From: Octopus bimaculoides
Lineage: Eukaryota
Reading direction: 5' to 3'
Assembly (NCBI RefSeq): GCF_001194135.2
Contig: NC_068981.1
Location: 122,431,937-122,470,440, forward strand
DNA length: 38,504 nucleotides
Shown: positions 12,238 to 23,890 of the stretch, in pieces
Layout of the letters: the number at the start of each line of letters is the position of its first letter
Numbering within the stretch: the stretch's first letter is position 1
Notes under the pieces: model-generated
Seen by the model: only the letters and a program-made list of their open reading frames with translations
Database searches by the model: none
What the model was told of the DNA's origin: nothing
Program-made: the position numbers and the translations under genes

Positions 12238-12944
12238 ATATATACATATAACAATTTTTTATAACTCTAGAGAATCCCTGTTCATAACTACGTGGTTTTC
12301 GGTTTTGTCAGACTTTGAAGAACCTTATATCGAGGTCTCATTCTTTTGTTGTTACATTTTATTATTATTACTAGCGGAAAAGCCGCTCTCCCGGCAGTTT
12401 TCAGCTGGCGTATACGTTTTGCGCATATTGATATCATATATACATATAGATATGATACATGATTTATAGAGTAAATTGGCAATATGCTCATGAATTGAAC
12501 AAAGATTCTGTCATACTTAATTCTGTAATCAGCAACATAATCCATGATACATTTAAAAAAGAGTATAATAAAATTTGGGAAAGAGATGAGACTCTCAAGT
12601 GGAAATGCTCAACAATCTTCACTTGAGTGAATTTGAAAATAGATTCTCTGGTGGGAATTAATGAATTACTTTTACCAATAAGAAGAGTTGAGCTTTGCTA
12701 TATTGCTTTATTATATTCACTTATAGGCGTTTTAAGTGTTTCTAGTGTCCCTTTCCTAGCAATTATAAAGAAACTTAAATACATTTCAATTAAAAGAGAG
12801 TAATGAATGCCTCACATAACTCTAGAATTCTACAGTGCAGACACAACTGTCAGCAAATGGACCCTTTTCATTTATCTCTTTTAATATTTGTATATTTTCT
12901 TTTCTTGATGTGCTCGATAACGCAACATATACCTGACCATGTGC

Positions 12945-13030
12945 GAAGAATTGGGTTGGGAGATGATATTGATTAAATAATTTCAAGATGGTACTCCAGC
13001 ATGACCGCAGTGTAACACAGTTTAAAAACT
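12945..13030 (+). mobile_element. Family A SINE 3' tail remnant
   Basis: GATGGTACTCCAGCATGACCGCAGT matches the GGTGCTCCAGCATGGCCGCAGT tail at 32335-32410 and 33263-33372. Confidence 0.6.
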
Positions 13031-13376
13031 TAATTCTGTTATACAGGGGTTATTGTTTTTTGCCCTACGTAATACTTTAAAAGATAATATACTCAATTGT
13101 CTTGTTTGGTTGTTTGATTTTCGCTTTATTACATCTTTTTAACGACGCGAAGAAAAGGTATTTGTTTACATATGGAATTCAAACGGAAGTTGACATTAAA
13201 ACAGAAGCGAATCTTGTAATATTCAGCATTATAATTTATGCTTGATATACAAATAAACTTTATTCATTTATAATTTCTTCAAAGTAATATGGCATTTTTT
13301 TTAATAACGTGGGGGAAAAAATGAAGTGGACACATTATAGGATACATACACACACACACACACACACATATTATAA

Positions 13377-13571
13377 GTAACAATAATAGTACTTTATAAC
13401 TTTGAAGCTTGAAGTTTGAAGTGATCACCGCGCAATGACTAAAGAAAATAGTCTAATATTGTGGCATATAAGCCGTCGATGAAAGAAAAGTAGGATTTCC
13501 CCTGCGCGTGGGGCTCGAATGCATATCTCTTTGTTTTCTTGACAAGAATGCTACCATTACACTAGCGCACA
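13377..13571 (-). mobile_element. tRNA-headed CpG-rich repeat, copy 1 (SINE-like; head at 13501-13571)
   Basis: Minus strand TGCGC-TAGTGTAATGGTAGCAT (A-box/D-arm) ... TTCGAGCCCCAC-GCGCA (T-arm and acceptor pairing). The body aligns with 13761-13934. Confidence 0.6.
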
Positions 13572-13644
13572 ACCCGCACCATTCCGTCAGATTTAAGAAC
13601 CATAATAATTTCGTAGTGATGTTTTTGCAAACTAAATTTCATTT

Positions 13645-13752
13645 ACTTTTGCTGCGATGCTTTTTGTTAAGCGGCGTCGATTTTTACAATTCTGTAAATA
13701 ATAATAATAATAGTATTTTATAAGCTGGAAGATTATAAGCGATCATTACGCG
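13645..13752 (-). repeat. Same repeat, copy 2 (3' part only)
   Basis: Its reverse complement aligns with 13880-13985 (CGCTTATAA...TATTATTATTATTTACAG..ATCGACGC.GCTTAA..ATCGCAG). Confidence 0.8.
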
Positions 13753-13753
13753 T

Positions 13754-13985
13754 TCTTGTCGCATTCTTTTCGCGAAAACAAAGAGGTGTGGTTTCGAGTC
13801 CTACGCGTACGGGAAAACCTACTTTTTTTCCGTCGAGCGCTTATATGCCCTATTATTAGACTAATTACTTTAGTCAGTGCGCGTTGATCGCTTATAAGCT
13901 TCAAGTTTATAAAGTATTATTATTATTATTTACAGGATTGTTAAAATCGACGCTGCTTAATAAGAACTATCGCAGTAATAAATAT
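13754..13985 (+). repeat. Same repeat, copy 3 (5'-truncated, retains B-box GGTTTCGAGTCC)
   Basis: Inverted relative to copies 1 and 2 and aligns with both. Confidence 0.8.
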
Positions 13986-14182
13986 ATATATATATATATA
14001 TAAATAGTAAATGAGTATATGCATATATACGTACAGGTATGTGCATACCGACATCCACCTGTATGTATAGGTGCATATCTGGGTACAGGACATAGCAAAC
14101 AAAACGTAGACGAGAAAACACACAAGCCACGTAGAGAACATTCTACTTCATCAGCTACCCCCGTTTTAACACCGGCTTTTCG

Positions 14183-14230
14183 NNNNNNNNNNNNNNNNNN
14201 NNNNNNNNNNNNNNNNNNNNNNNNNNNNNN
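14183..14230. other. Assembly gap (48 N)
   Basis: N run. Confidence 1.
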
Positions 14231-14240
14231 ATATATATAT

Positions 14241-14358
14241 ATATATGAGCATATGCATGTATACATACATATATGTACATACCTACAGCTACATCTATAT
14301 ATACATGTAGATGTAGGTATGTACATATATGTATGTATACATGCATATGCCCATATAT
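14241..14358. repeat. Near-perfect 47-bp inverted repeat in alternating purine-pyrimidine sequence
   Basis: 14241-14287 against 14312-14358 shows one mismatch. The spacer is 24 nt and contains its own CTACAT/ATGTAG pairing. Confidence 0.85.
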
Positions 14359-16979
14359 CATTTGTATTATTATATTATCGAACGCCACGCGTCCATTTCC
14401 AGGTAAGTTTCAACTTTATGTATATATACGTTTATTTGAACGCAATTAATCTAAAACAACATAAGAATTGTATTATCACCATCAGCGAAAATTTAGAAGA
14501 CATGCATATGCTAGCAATTGACATTAAGGATCGAATCAGTGTATTGGAGAAGTAGGCGTCTTGGGAAGTGAACAGCTGTGTGTGGATGATTCGATAAGAT
14601 ATTGAGCTGTCTGCCATCTACATAACTTGATCAATAATTCTCCTTAACTTCATAGTGCCTGTCAACGGAATAGATCTACTTAGTTTCAGGAAATTACTAC
14701 TTAGGTCTTTGATACTCTACAGTACTGAACAGCAATGAAAGGAGCAACAATGTGAAACTACATTGTGGGATTACATACTTCGTATCTCTGTGTGATCACT
14801 TCTGATTTAAGGCTGTATTTGAATTGATAAGAATAATGTCCGTTCAGATATTGTTTTTATCTTTTTGTTAATTTGGTGACATCCCCTTATTTCAATTTAT
14901 TTATATTGCATTTTCGCCCGTTACTACATTTACGTTTTATATTTAGATTATATGTTGTTACTAATATAGCGTGTATCAGTAGCATCTCATGTTATACGTG
15001 TTTCTTTATATCTTGTAATAAAGTATGTGTTATATTTTTAAGTGTTACTACATTTCCTTTTCTCTGTTGCGAAATGCATACGTTTTATTGAAACTTGGGT
15101 TGTAAAACACCTATGGAAATCAATATATCAAAACTTCCTAATTCACAAGTGTGTTCACAAAGAAAACATTTACAGATATACCTTTTTAACATCATAGCAC
15201 CCTAGATTTAGTTTATTTCTATATCTAGTTCAACTGCCTCCATAGTATTTTTTGTTGATATGAATATAATTTGAAACACGTGTCAGATAAGAAATTTACT
15301 TTTCGCAACTTCAAAAATGTTTTACATTCAAATATTCTTTCTGGATCAAATCACATTCACAAAGTACATGTGACTTCTCAGTGTATATAATTTCTAACAT
15401 GCAATACTTGAAGTAGAACGAACATTTAGGAGCAGTACAAATCTCTTCGTTTATTATACAGCAAAGCTGTTACACATCACATTATGGAAAATTTCAGAAC
15501 AGTACTTTTACTGCAATGGGTAGTTAAATTACATTAATTATTGCTTTGTATGACATATTTCCTGATAATACCAAATGGTCGCAAACGTGAATTAATATTA
15601 TAGCAATTATAATGATACATTCATTCGGAACAGTTTTCAATAAATTCTTAAGATAGATAATACATTATAGAATAAAGCAAGGAAACTACTGTGCTGACGA
15701 ACAGACCCCTTGAAAAGCATCTAAAGGAAATATTCAACACAGTATATATTAACTATGGCAGAGTTTGTTTTTAGATAGAAGCAACTACCCTATCAATTAT
15801 TCCTCATTGTTCTTCCACTCCTTTTTCTCTGACGCATAGCTTTCCTTTACTCATGGAGTGCCAAAAATTCTAGTATGAGCACACAGTCCGCTCCTCTTAA
15901 GTTGACTCTCTCTGTATCTCTTTTTATCTCTCTGGCTATCTTTCCCTATACTGGAGAAACCAACCCACGTACAAATCTAAATTATATCCGCTGCTGTATA
16001 TATATACATATAAATGTATGGGTATTTTTCAGTGTGTACAATTACAAATGAAAGATAATTAAATAGTTACATAAGTAACAAGGATGTTGCAGCCTACTTA
16101 TAAAGGTAGAAATTCCAGGGTTTAGTGAAATGTTTTTGTATAACAGATAAATAAAGAAATGGAGTTAAACGCAGGTGTTATTCAAATCTTTAAACGTCTG
16201 ACATATGTTTCGAAAAAAGCAATGATATTATTATATTATTCCAGAGGGAATAAAATGATGTAAAACAATGCGATCTTCTCATCAGGGACAAAAAAGAGAA
16301 AACGATAACGTCAATAAGCGTGTATGATGAAGAGAATGCTGACAAGTTATTTAAAAAACAAAAACTGTTAATAAATTTAACGTCAAATGCAATTTAGAGA
16401 AAGAGAAGGAGGAGAAAGTAAGACATTACCAGAAAACCAAGAGCGGAGAAATGTAGTGCGTTAGATGAATGCGAATAAAGCTTAAACACGTGAAAATAGG
16501 TATATTTCGTGGAAATGAAGTGTAAGAAGACAGTTAAGAGTCGAATTTTATAGATTGCTAGAAATTACGTATAGGAACTAAAGGTATGTTTTGCCAATGT
16601 TTGCAACGATAGACGCTATTTTTAAACGTCTTTACATGAGAATTCTCTGAGAACAGGATGAGATAGAGTTCTTCGTTACAGAGCGGACGAGAAGTTTTAC
16701 ACATATCATATTGAAAGGACCTAGATAGAATATTCCATTCCAAATCAAATTGTTTATTATGTTTCTTCAGAGACCACTTTAATTTACTAAGCCCAATATT
16801 GTTGTAATAACAACATAAATTTTAGTTGGAATAACAACACTACATCTAAAAATTTAATTTTGCAGCGTAAGGGAGGTAACTGTTTTCAAGAGCCTTTTTC
16901 GTTATAAAAGTACATCTAGAACTTTTAAAGATAATTACAAGGTATGTCCTAGTAAAACATTTTGGTTGATAATTCCATG

Positions 16980-17165
16980 TGGTAAGCAGATCATATATAA
17001 ACTCCTTTACCAGTTTCGTTAAACAGTACATAAGTATTTTCCCCAAAAATTCAAGATACCATTCTATTATCAATTCACACCGAATCAGAGCAAGGTTTTC
17101 AAACACCAAAAACCTTTCACAAATCATCTCTTCACATAACAATAAGCTGTTAAATACAAATCAAC
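16980..17165 (+). mobile_element. Probable Penelope-like retroelement fragment (RT/GIY-YIG linker region)
   Basis: FPKNSRYHSIINSHRIRARFSNTKNLSQIISSHNNKLLN resembles the Penelope-like pattern FPxxHxxxKIFNRNTxKVSYSCxxNxxQIISSHNKKIL, as recalled from memory. Confidence 0.45.
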
Positions 17166-17374
17166 TTAATGGATATAATAATATTGATATTACTAACAGC
17201 AACCGTTCTTTATATATACATATATATATATATCACACTTATTGATAATTATAATAATAAAAGAAAATATGATATACGAATAACCATCAATTTATCAAAT
17301 AGTTTGATACCAGAATTTTTAGACAATAACGTAGAAAAAGAGAGATGCACACATGCACCCCCCCCCCATAGGGT

Positions 17375-17972
17375 TATGTAAACTTATTGCTTCTTTAGAT
17401 TCTCCGACCAACAGATTCTCCCGTGATGTGATCAGCCTGATACGCTTTTGCTCATGCATCAGAAGACTTTGAACCCACCGAGAAGCAGACTCAGTCATAC
17501 CAGGTACATTATGCAGGATATTCTGAACTCTTACACGGGATATGCTAATAGCATTAACCATTTGAATTATCGTTTATCAGCAGTTGTTCATCACCATGTG
17601 GTGGACGCAATCAATGTTTTCCTCAGTGGTGGTAGTTGCAGGACCTTGGGTCATATTCTCAACACTCTCGCTTCCCTGGAAAATTCAGTTCCCAACTTTC
17701 CACTGTTGATAAAGTTGGAGCAACATCCCCTAATGTAGCAATCACGTCAGCGTGAATTCCTGTGGAGGTTATTCTCTTTTTCTGTGAATACCACATCTTG
17801 TCCATTTTCAGGACAGGTGGCAACTAGTTACTTTTGAAATCGTTTTTGGACAGTGACGTATTTGTTTACCAGTAGAGACTCAATCTTGTTTTTAGTAAGA
17901 AGGGTTGAAATTCATGCAAACAAGATTTCACAGCTATAGTATCGGCATCACTACTTATAGCTTAACCTCGTA
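17375..17972 (-). mobile_element. Mariner transposon 5' fragment (TIR plus N-terminal transposase pseudogene)
   Basis: The terminus is TA|CGAGG at 17972 and the ATG is at 17805 (MDK...). Remnants read IHADVIATLGDVAPTLSTVESW, EENIDCVHHMVM and ISRVRVQNILH...SRWVQSLL...QKRIRLITSRENL (degenerate WVPRLL). The DDD domain is absent. Confidence 0.88.
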
Positions 17973-17978
17973 CGTGTA

Positions 17979-18320
17979 GGTGAAGGCGCATGACTCAGCC
18001 TTTAAAGCATCGGGCGCACAATCATGAGGTAGTGAGTTTGACTCCCGGATCGCGCTATGTTGTGTTCTTGAGCAAAACTCTTTATTTCACGATGCTCCAG
18101 TTCACTCTGCTGTAGAAATGAGTTGCAACGTCACTGGTGCCAAACAGTATCGGCCTTTGCTTTTCCGTCGGGTAACATCCGTGGCTATGGGAGGCTGGTA
18201 TGCATGGGCGACTGGTAGTCATCCATAAACAAAATTTCAAGGAGCTGTGCCTTGGAGGGGAACTTTCTCGGGGCAATCCAGGGCTCAATTATGACCTAAG
18301 GGGGTCTTGACCCTTTACCC
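17979..18320 (+). mobile_element. tRNA-derived SINE, family C, apparently full length
   Basis: Head GGTGAAGGCGCATGACTCAG...GAGTTTGACTCCCGG (A/B-box-like), then GCTCCAGTTCACTCTGCTGTAGAAATGAGT and a GC-rich body ending GGGGTCTTGACCCTTT. Confidence 0.75.
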
Positions 18321-20100
18321 CTAAGTTTAGGCTATACATTCCAAGGTTATATTTGGTGACGTATTTTTACGTGCCCATATGCGCTGGAGACCTATTTTGT
18401 CATAAACTAACTTTGAAGCATCGTTACTTAATACATTAGATAATGTTTAATTGGCAGAAACTTAATTTTGACCGCAAACAATCATATTCCAATTAATATC
18501 AGAATGATGCACCGTTTCATATCATGAAACAATTGCGTTTATTTCAATGTGCCCCTTTAAGCAGATGTCAAAAGCATTCAATATTTTAAAGTTTATTTAC
18601 GTACATAATATCGTCACTTAAATTTCAAAATGCTTGAACACATACATCCATTGAACACGTCTTATATACATTCATGCATTGGTGTATATATACATATGGT
18701 CCAGTAGTTTAAAACTTTCTGATCACTTGATTCCAGGTTACAAGATATATTGGATGCACGTTGGAACTATAACATTTGCTGTAGATCTAGCATGACTGAT
18801 AACCTGTGAATAGAATTTGCTTGTCGAAAATTATACGAATAACCGTTAAATTCATGTTATTTTGGAACTCTCAAATTTGTTCAGTCAAGTTGATTTGGGT
18901 TATATTGCAAATATTTAGTAGCGTTTTATAGAATAAACTTTAAGTAGCATGCAATATTTCGCCGTGCTATTCACTTGATTATAATTTGCATAGAGAATAA
19001 TTTCACCAGGTTGCCTTGCACCGGATTTATACGTTAACTCTTCAAGAACTGAATACAGACACTTATTATAGAGAAATGAGTTAAATGTAGCAACATTGAT
19101 TATAATGACAACAAAATGAAGTTAAAAACAAAATTTTCCTTATTCTCTCAAGATATATTTGAAAACGTTGGTTCTCTTCAATGTCTGCTTAAAAATAATT
19201 AAAAATGTCTCCTTTACAACTTCAAGTTTTACATTTTCATGCACCTGTTGTTCTTGGATATTTTCTCGCTCATTCTATTAATCCATAGTGCTACACTGAA
19301 CTCTTTCACATAATGCATTACTATTCTTCTGGTTCAAAGATGTAACTGTCACAGTTCGACAAGTGAGTTGCTGATGAAACCTAATATGATCAAATGTACA
19401 CGTGGTTGTCTGCCTCAGTTCTTATTCCATAATACATTTAACTACTTAATATGTTATAATGTCATGTTGCCACGCCCTTGCTTTGTTTTATCTAGAAATA
19501 TTCGTTTGTAAAGCGATATTGCATAGCGCAATATCCAGTTTGCTAGGTGTTACTAATAACAGATTCACCCATTGGTAATGAAGCTACAGGCTGTGAATTA
19601 GTTCGTAGATCGCCAGATAAAAGGATAAAAAGAAAAAAAATTGCAAGCCATATATTCATATTAGACTACTGATTGATATATGTTTGAAGCTTCAGTTACC
19701 AAAAAATTTGGAAGTTATAGAGGTCAGTTGTATCGCAAGCATGGTCACGTTATCGCAAATGCACCCTGAGTTGCTGATGTTGAATTAGCCTTATAGAAAA
19801 TCATCGAGAACTGAATAATGAAATACTAATCCAGAATAGTGGGTTGGCAACAATGTTAGAACTCCTAACAAGATACAGTGCAGTATCTATTCCAGCTCTT
19901 CACATTCTAAGTCAAATTTCCTCTATATGCAAATTGTGCCGAAGAACAGATTTAATTTCAGGGATGAAACTCATGAAAACAATAATAGGGTAGTACAGAC
20001 AAGTAATTTAAGATCCAACACACACACACACATGCACACACGCGCGCGACGCACACTCACATATACACACACTCACAATGATTTTAGTTTTTAATATACA

Positions 20101-20306
20101 ACTATTCTAGGCACAAGGCTCAAAAAATTTGGGGAGGGGCCAGTCAAATAGATTGACTCGAGTACGAAATTAGTACTTAATTTATCGACCCAGAAAGGTG
20201 AAAGGTAAGGTTGACCCCTGCGGAATTTGAACTCAGAACGTAAAGACAGACGAAATACCGTTAAGCATTTTCCCCGGCGTGCTAACGTTTCTGCCAGCAC
20301 GGCACC
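20101..20306 (-). mobile_element. tRNA-derived SINE, family B
   Basis: Minus strand CTGGCAGAAACGTTAGCACGCCGGG...TTCTGAGTTCAAATTCCGC...CCTTTCACCTTTCTGGGTCGATAAATTAAGTAC. Confidence 0.85.
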
Positions 20307-20425
20307 TTTAATATACAACTTTTGCCTCCATTTGGGAACACAATATCGAGTTCACTTGCCATTTAGGTTATATGAAATTGATAATATAATTTCAGATATC
20401 TGAAATAATAAAATTACACATTGGT

Positions 20426-20600
20426 AAGGCGGTGATCTGGCAGAATTGTTCGCACGCTGATCGAAATGCTTTGCTGCATGTCTTGCATCTTCACATTCTG
20501 AGTTCAAATTCCACCGAAGTCCACTTCGCATTTCATCCTTTGACGTCGATAAAATGAGTACTATTTGAGTAATGGTGTCGATATAATCGTCATACTCCTT
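20426..20600 (+). mobile_element. tRNA-derived SINE, family B (older copy)
   Basis: AAGGCGGTGATCTGGCAGAATTGTT...TTCTGAGTTCAAATTCC...TTTCATCCTTTGACGTCGATAAAATGAGTAC. Confidence 0.8.
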
Positions 20601-20915
20601 TAAGAATTATGCTAAATAACTGATTTATTTTATATTACTAATTTGGCTACAATGAAATGGAATATATATTTTGTACAATTTGTAAGTTTGATCAGATGAA
20701 AGCATATGATCGAACTTAATTTGCTTCCAATCACCAATACCACATTTGAATAATATATCATAGAACATTTTTACATATACGTAGTCAACAAAATACATTT
20801 ATGAAATGTGTATTAGATTTATATATTCTACGTTACGTAATGTTCAATCCTTTGTTGGCACATAAAAAGAGAGGTGTACGCTCTCTTCGGACTGAATACA
20901 CGTATGCACACATTG

Positions 20916-20947
<32 letters not shown>

Positions 20948-22871
20948 GTGTGTGTGTGTGTGTTGTGTGTGTGTGCGTGTGTGCGTGCGTGTGTGTGCAT
21001 GCATTGACACGCGCACACACGTACACACATGCATGCGCACGTATACACACACGCACATACACATACACACACAAGCGCATATATATTTAGATATATAAAT
21101 ATAGGAGAATTTGTTTTAGGGTTTGAAAATGCACCTGAATCTCAAAACATGTAGTCGCTTTCAAATTTTGTAATATATTTATCCAAGCGCCAAACCAGTT
21201 TCGACAGGATTTTGTTCATCAATGGTAAAAATGATAAATATTTAATTCATTATTTAACCATTAATAAGCCAAAGTTTGCCAAAACCAGTTTGGTATTTGA
21301 ATAAATCTATAACAAAATTTATACCCTATCTAGTGCGCATGTTCTTCTTACATCTCTCACCTCACTGAGATGAAGTATCAGAACAGTAACTTACTGTTGA
21401 ACACTTAATTCTACAATTTCAGCTTTACTAATACAGCTTGTTTGAAGCTGTTTTTATTCTTGGAAACATTGAATTTCTACATGCTGTTATTATTCACACT
21501 TTTAGTTGTTGACCTTGATTTTTCATGTACTTGAGCTGATAAGTTTGATATTCCTGTTAGTACATAACTCTACAACGCTGTTATATTTTTCAATCTGAAA
21601 TGAAGTGATTAAATCGACTTAACGTTAAGTATATGCACTGAGCCATTCATAAAAATCTTTTCTTGTACTTTTGTACTTGATCACACCTCGCAAACATAAA
21701 CACCGAAGATAGAAGTGCTTATTGAACAATTTGAATTAAATATTCAATATCGATTATTTGGACAGACTCTATATTTACTGTCATGTTTGTAAAGGAATAA
21801 AATTGTGTTATACTCTCAAAGTTTTCAAAGATAACAGTCAACTGAGAAAATAACACGTGTATAGATTTCTCTTTATGTGACTCAGCCTCGTTTGTTTTTC
21901 TTTTTTTCATTTTATTTAGTTGGGTTGGGGTGGATATTTCTTGTAAATTAGAGAGCTTACATGAAGTTTCTTTTGCTACGTATATTATTCACGTTTAACC
22001 CCCAAAGGGTAAATACAGAGAAAACATAACTTGCTACAGATCTGTGAGAAACAATAAAGCTGATCATCCATTGATGCTATTATTTATCCCGAAATGACAA
22101 ATAATTCCTCTGAATATTAGACAGAAGACGAATATACAACAGAGACATTCAATGTACAAAAAAATATATAAATGGTTGTCGACATTATAACGTGGATTTG
22201 ATAAGTGCGTATGTGAATAAGAAAATTTCAGAGGGAGTGATTTTAATTCTATTAGGCTACAGAGAAATTATGTATTACATTGCGTGCAATTAGTGTAACT
22301 TCAGGAATTCCATTCTGCGCACATCAGTATTATTATTTTACAAATGTTATCGGTGCTTTTGTTATCGATTTCCTATTACGGTATTTTAACTTTAAAATCT
22401 GTATTCAATCGGATCAATGATTCTTTAACTCTGATTCTGTGATATGAAGATTCAGAACTGGGACTTTTGCTTATGTATGCAATTTGCATTAAACATTTTA
22501 CTGTTTATATCAGGCAATTCTATAGTGCAACTTACACTCCTACCATAATATTTTGAAGCATCAACGTTTTTGTTTTCTGGTTCATTAGTAGACGGTCCTA
22601 AATATCGTTTGGGAAGTGTGTATAGTACACATACAATTGTGTATAATGATTTGTAAGAATGACTGCAATAATGAATGCATTTGGGGATGATAATAGCTGT
22701 GATAATTACTGTGATAATGATTTCGAATTATAACGGACAAAGACTAGGTGTACTTTTATTCAGCGTTTTGATACCTTATGTATAATTATGGCCTTTAAAA
22801 ATTGCTTTATTTTTGCATAGATATCTATAGGCAGATATATAGATACATGTATACAAGTATATATATATATA

Positions 22872-23666
22872 NNNNNNNNNNNNNNNNNNNNNNNNNNNNN
22901 NNNNNNNNNNNNNNNNNNNNNNNNNNNNNNNNNNNNNNNNNNNNNNNNNNNNNNNNNNNNNNNNNNNNNNNNNNNNNNNNNNNNNNNNNNNNNNNNNNNN
23001 NNNNNNNNNNNNNNNNNNNNNNNNNNNNNNNNNNNNNNNNNNNNNNNNNNNNNNNNNNNNNNNNNNNNNNNNNNNNNNNNNNNNNNNNNNNNNNNNNNNN
23101 NNNNNNNNNNNNNNNNNNNNNNNNNNNNNNNNNNNNNNNNNNNNNNNNNNNNNNNNNNNNNNNNNNNNNNNNNNNNNNNNNNNNNNNNNNNNNNNNNNNN
23201 NNNNNNNNNNNNNNNNNNNNNNNNNNNNNNNNNNNNNNNNNNNNNNNNNNNNNNNNNNNNNNNNNNNNNNNNNNNNNNNNNNNNNNNNNNNNNNNNNNNN
23301 NNNNNNNNNNNNNNNNNNNNNNNNNNNNNNNNNNNNNNNNNNNNNNNNNNNNNNNNNNNNNNNNNNNNNNNNNNNNNNNNNNNNNNNNNNNNNNNNNNNN
23401 NNNNNNNNNNNNNNNNNNNNNNNNNNNNNNNNNNNNNNNNNNNNNNNNNNNNNNNNNNNNNNNNNNNNNNNNNNNNNNNNNNNNNNNNNNNNNNNNNNNN
23501 NNNNNNNNNNNNNNNNNNNNNNNNNNNNNNNNNNNNNNNNNNNNNNNNNNNNNNNNNNNNNNNNNNNNNNNNNNNNNNNNNNNNNNNNNNNNNNNNNNNN
23601 NNNNNNNNNNNNNNNNNNNNNNNNNNNNNNNNNNNNNNNNNNNNNNNNNNNNNNNNNNNNNNNNNN
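22872..23666. other. Assembly gap (795 N)
   Basis: N run between (TA)n tracts. Confidence 1.
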
Positions 23667-23855
23667 ATATATATACAGAGAGAGAAAGAGAGAGAGAGAG
23701 ATAAATAGATAGATATGGATATACATATGTTTATATCTGAATATGGAATACCTATACCTTCATTACTATTAATAGTAATAAGAATGTAACTAATAATGCT
23801 GATGCTGACAACCACACAGGCACACTCACGCACTCACACACACACGCACCCCCCC

Positions 23856-23888
<33 letters not shown>

Positions 23889-23890
23889 TA

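Noticed and set aside
13501-13571. Functional tRNA gene (GTC/Asp reading considered)
   Set aside because: The acceptor has only 5 bp, the T-stem is broken and the anticodon arm is ambiguous. It is treated as a SINE-like head.
19365-19420. CTGATGA followed by TCAAATGTAC as a hammerhead
   Set aside because: There is no GAAA and stems I and II are not convincing.
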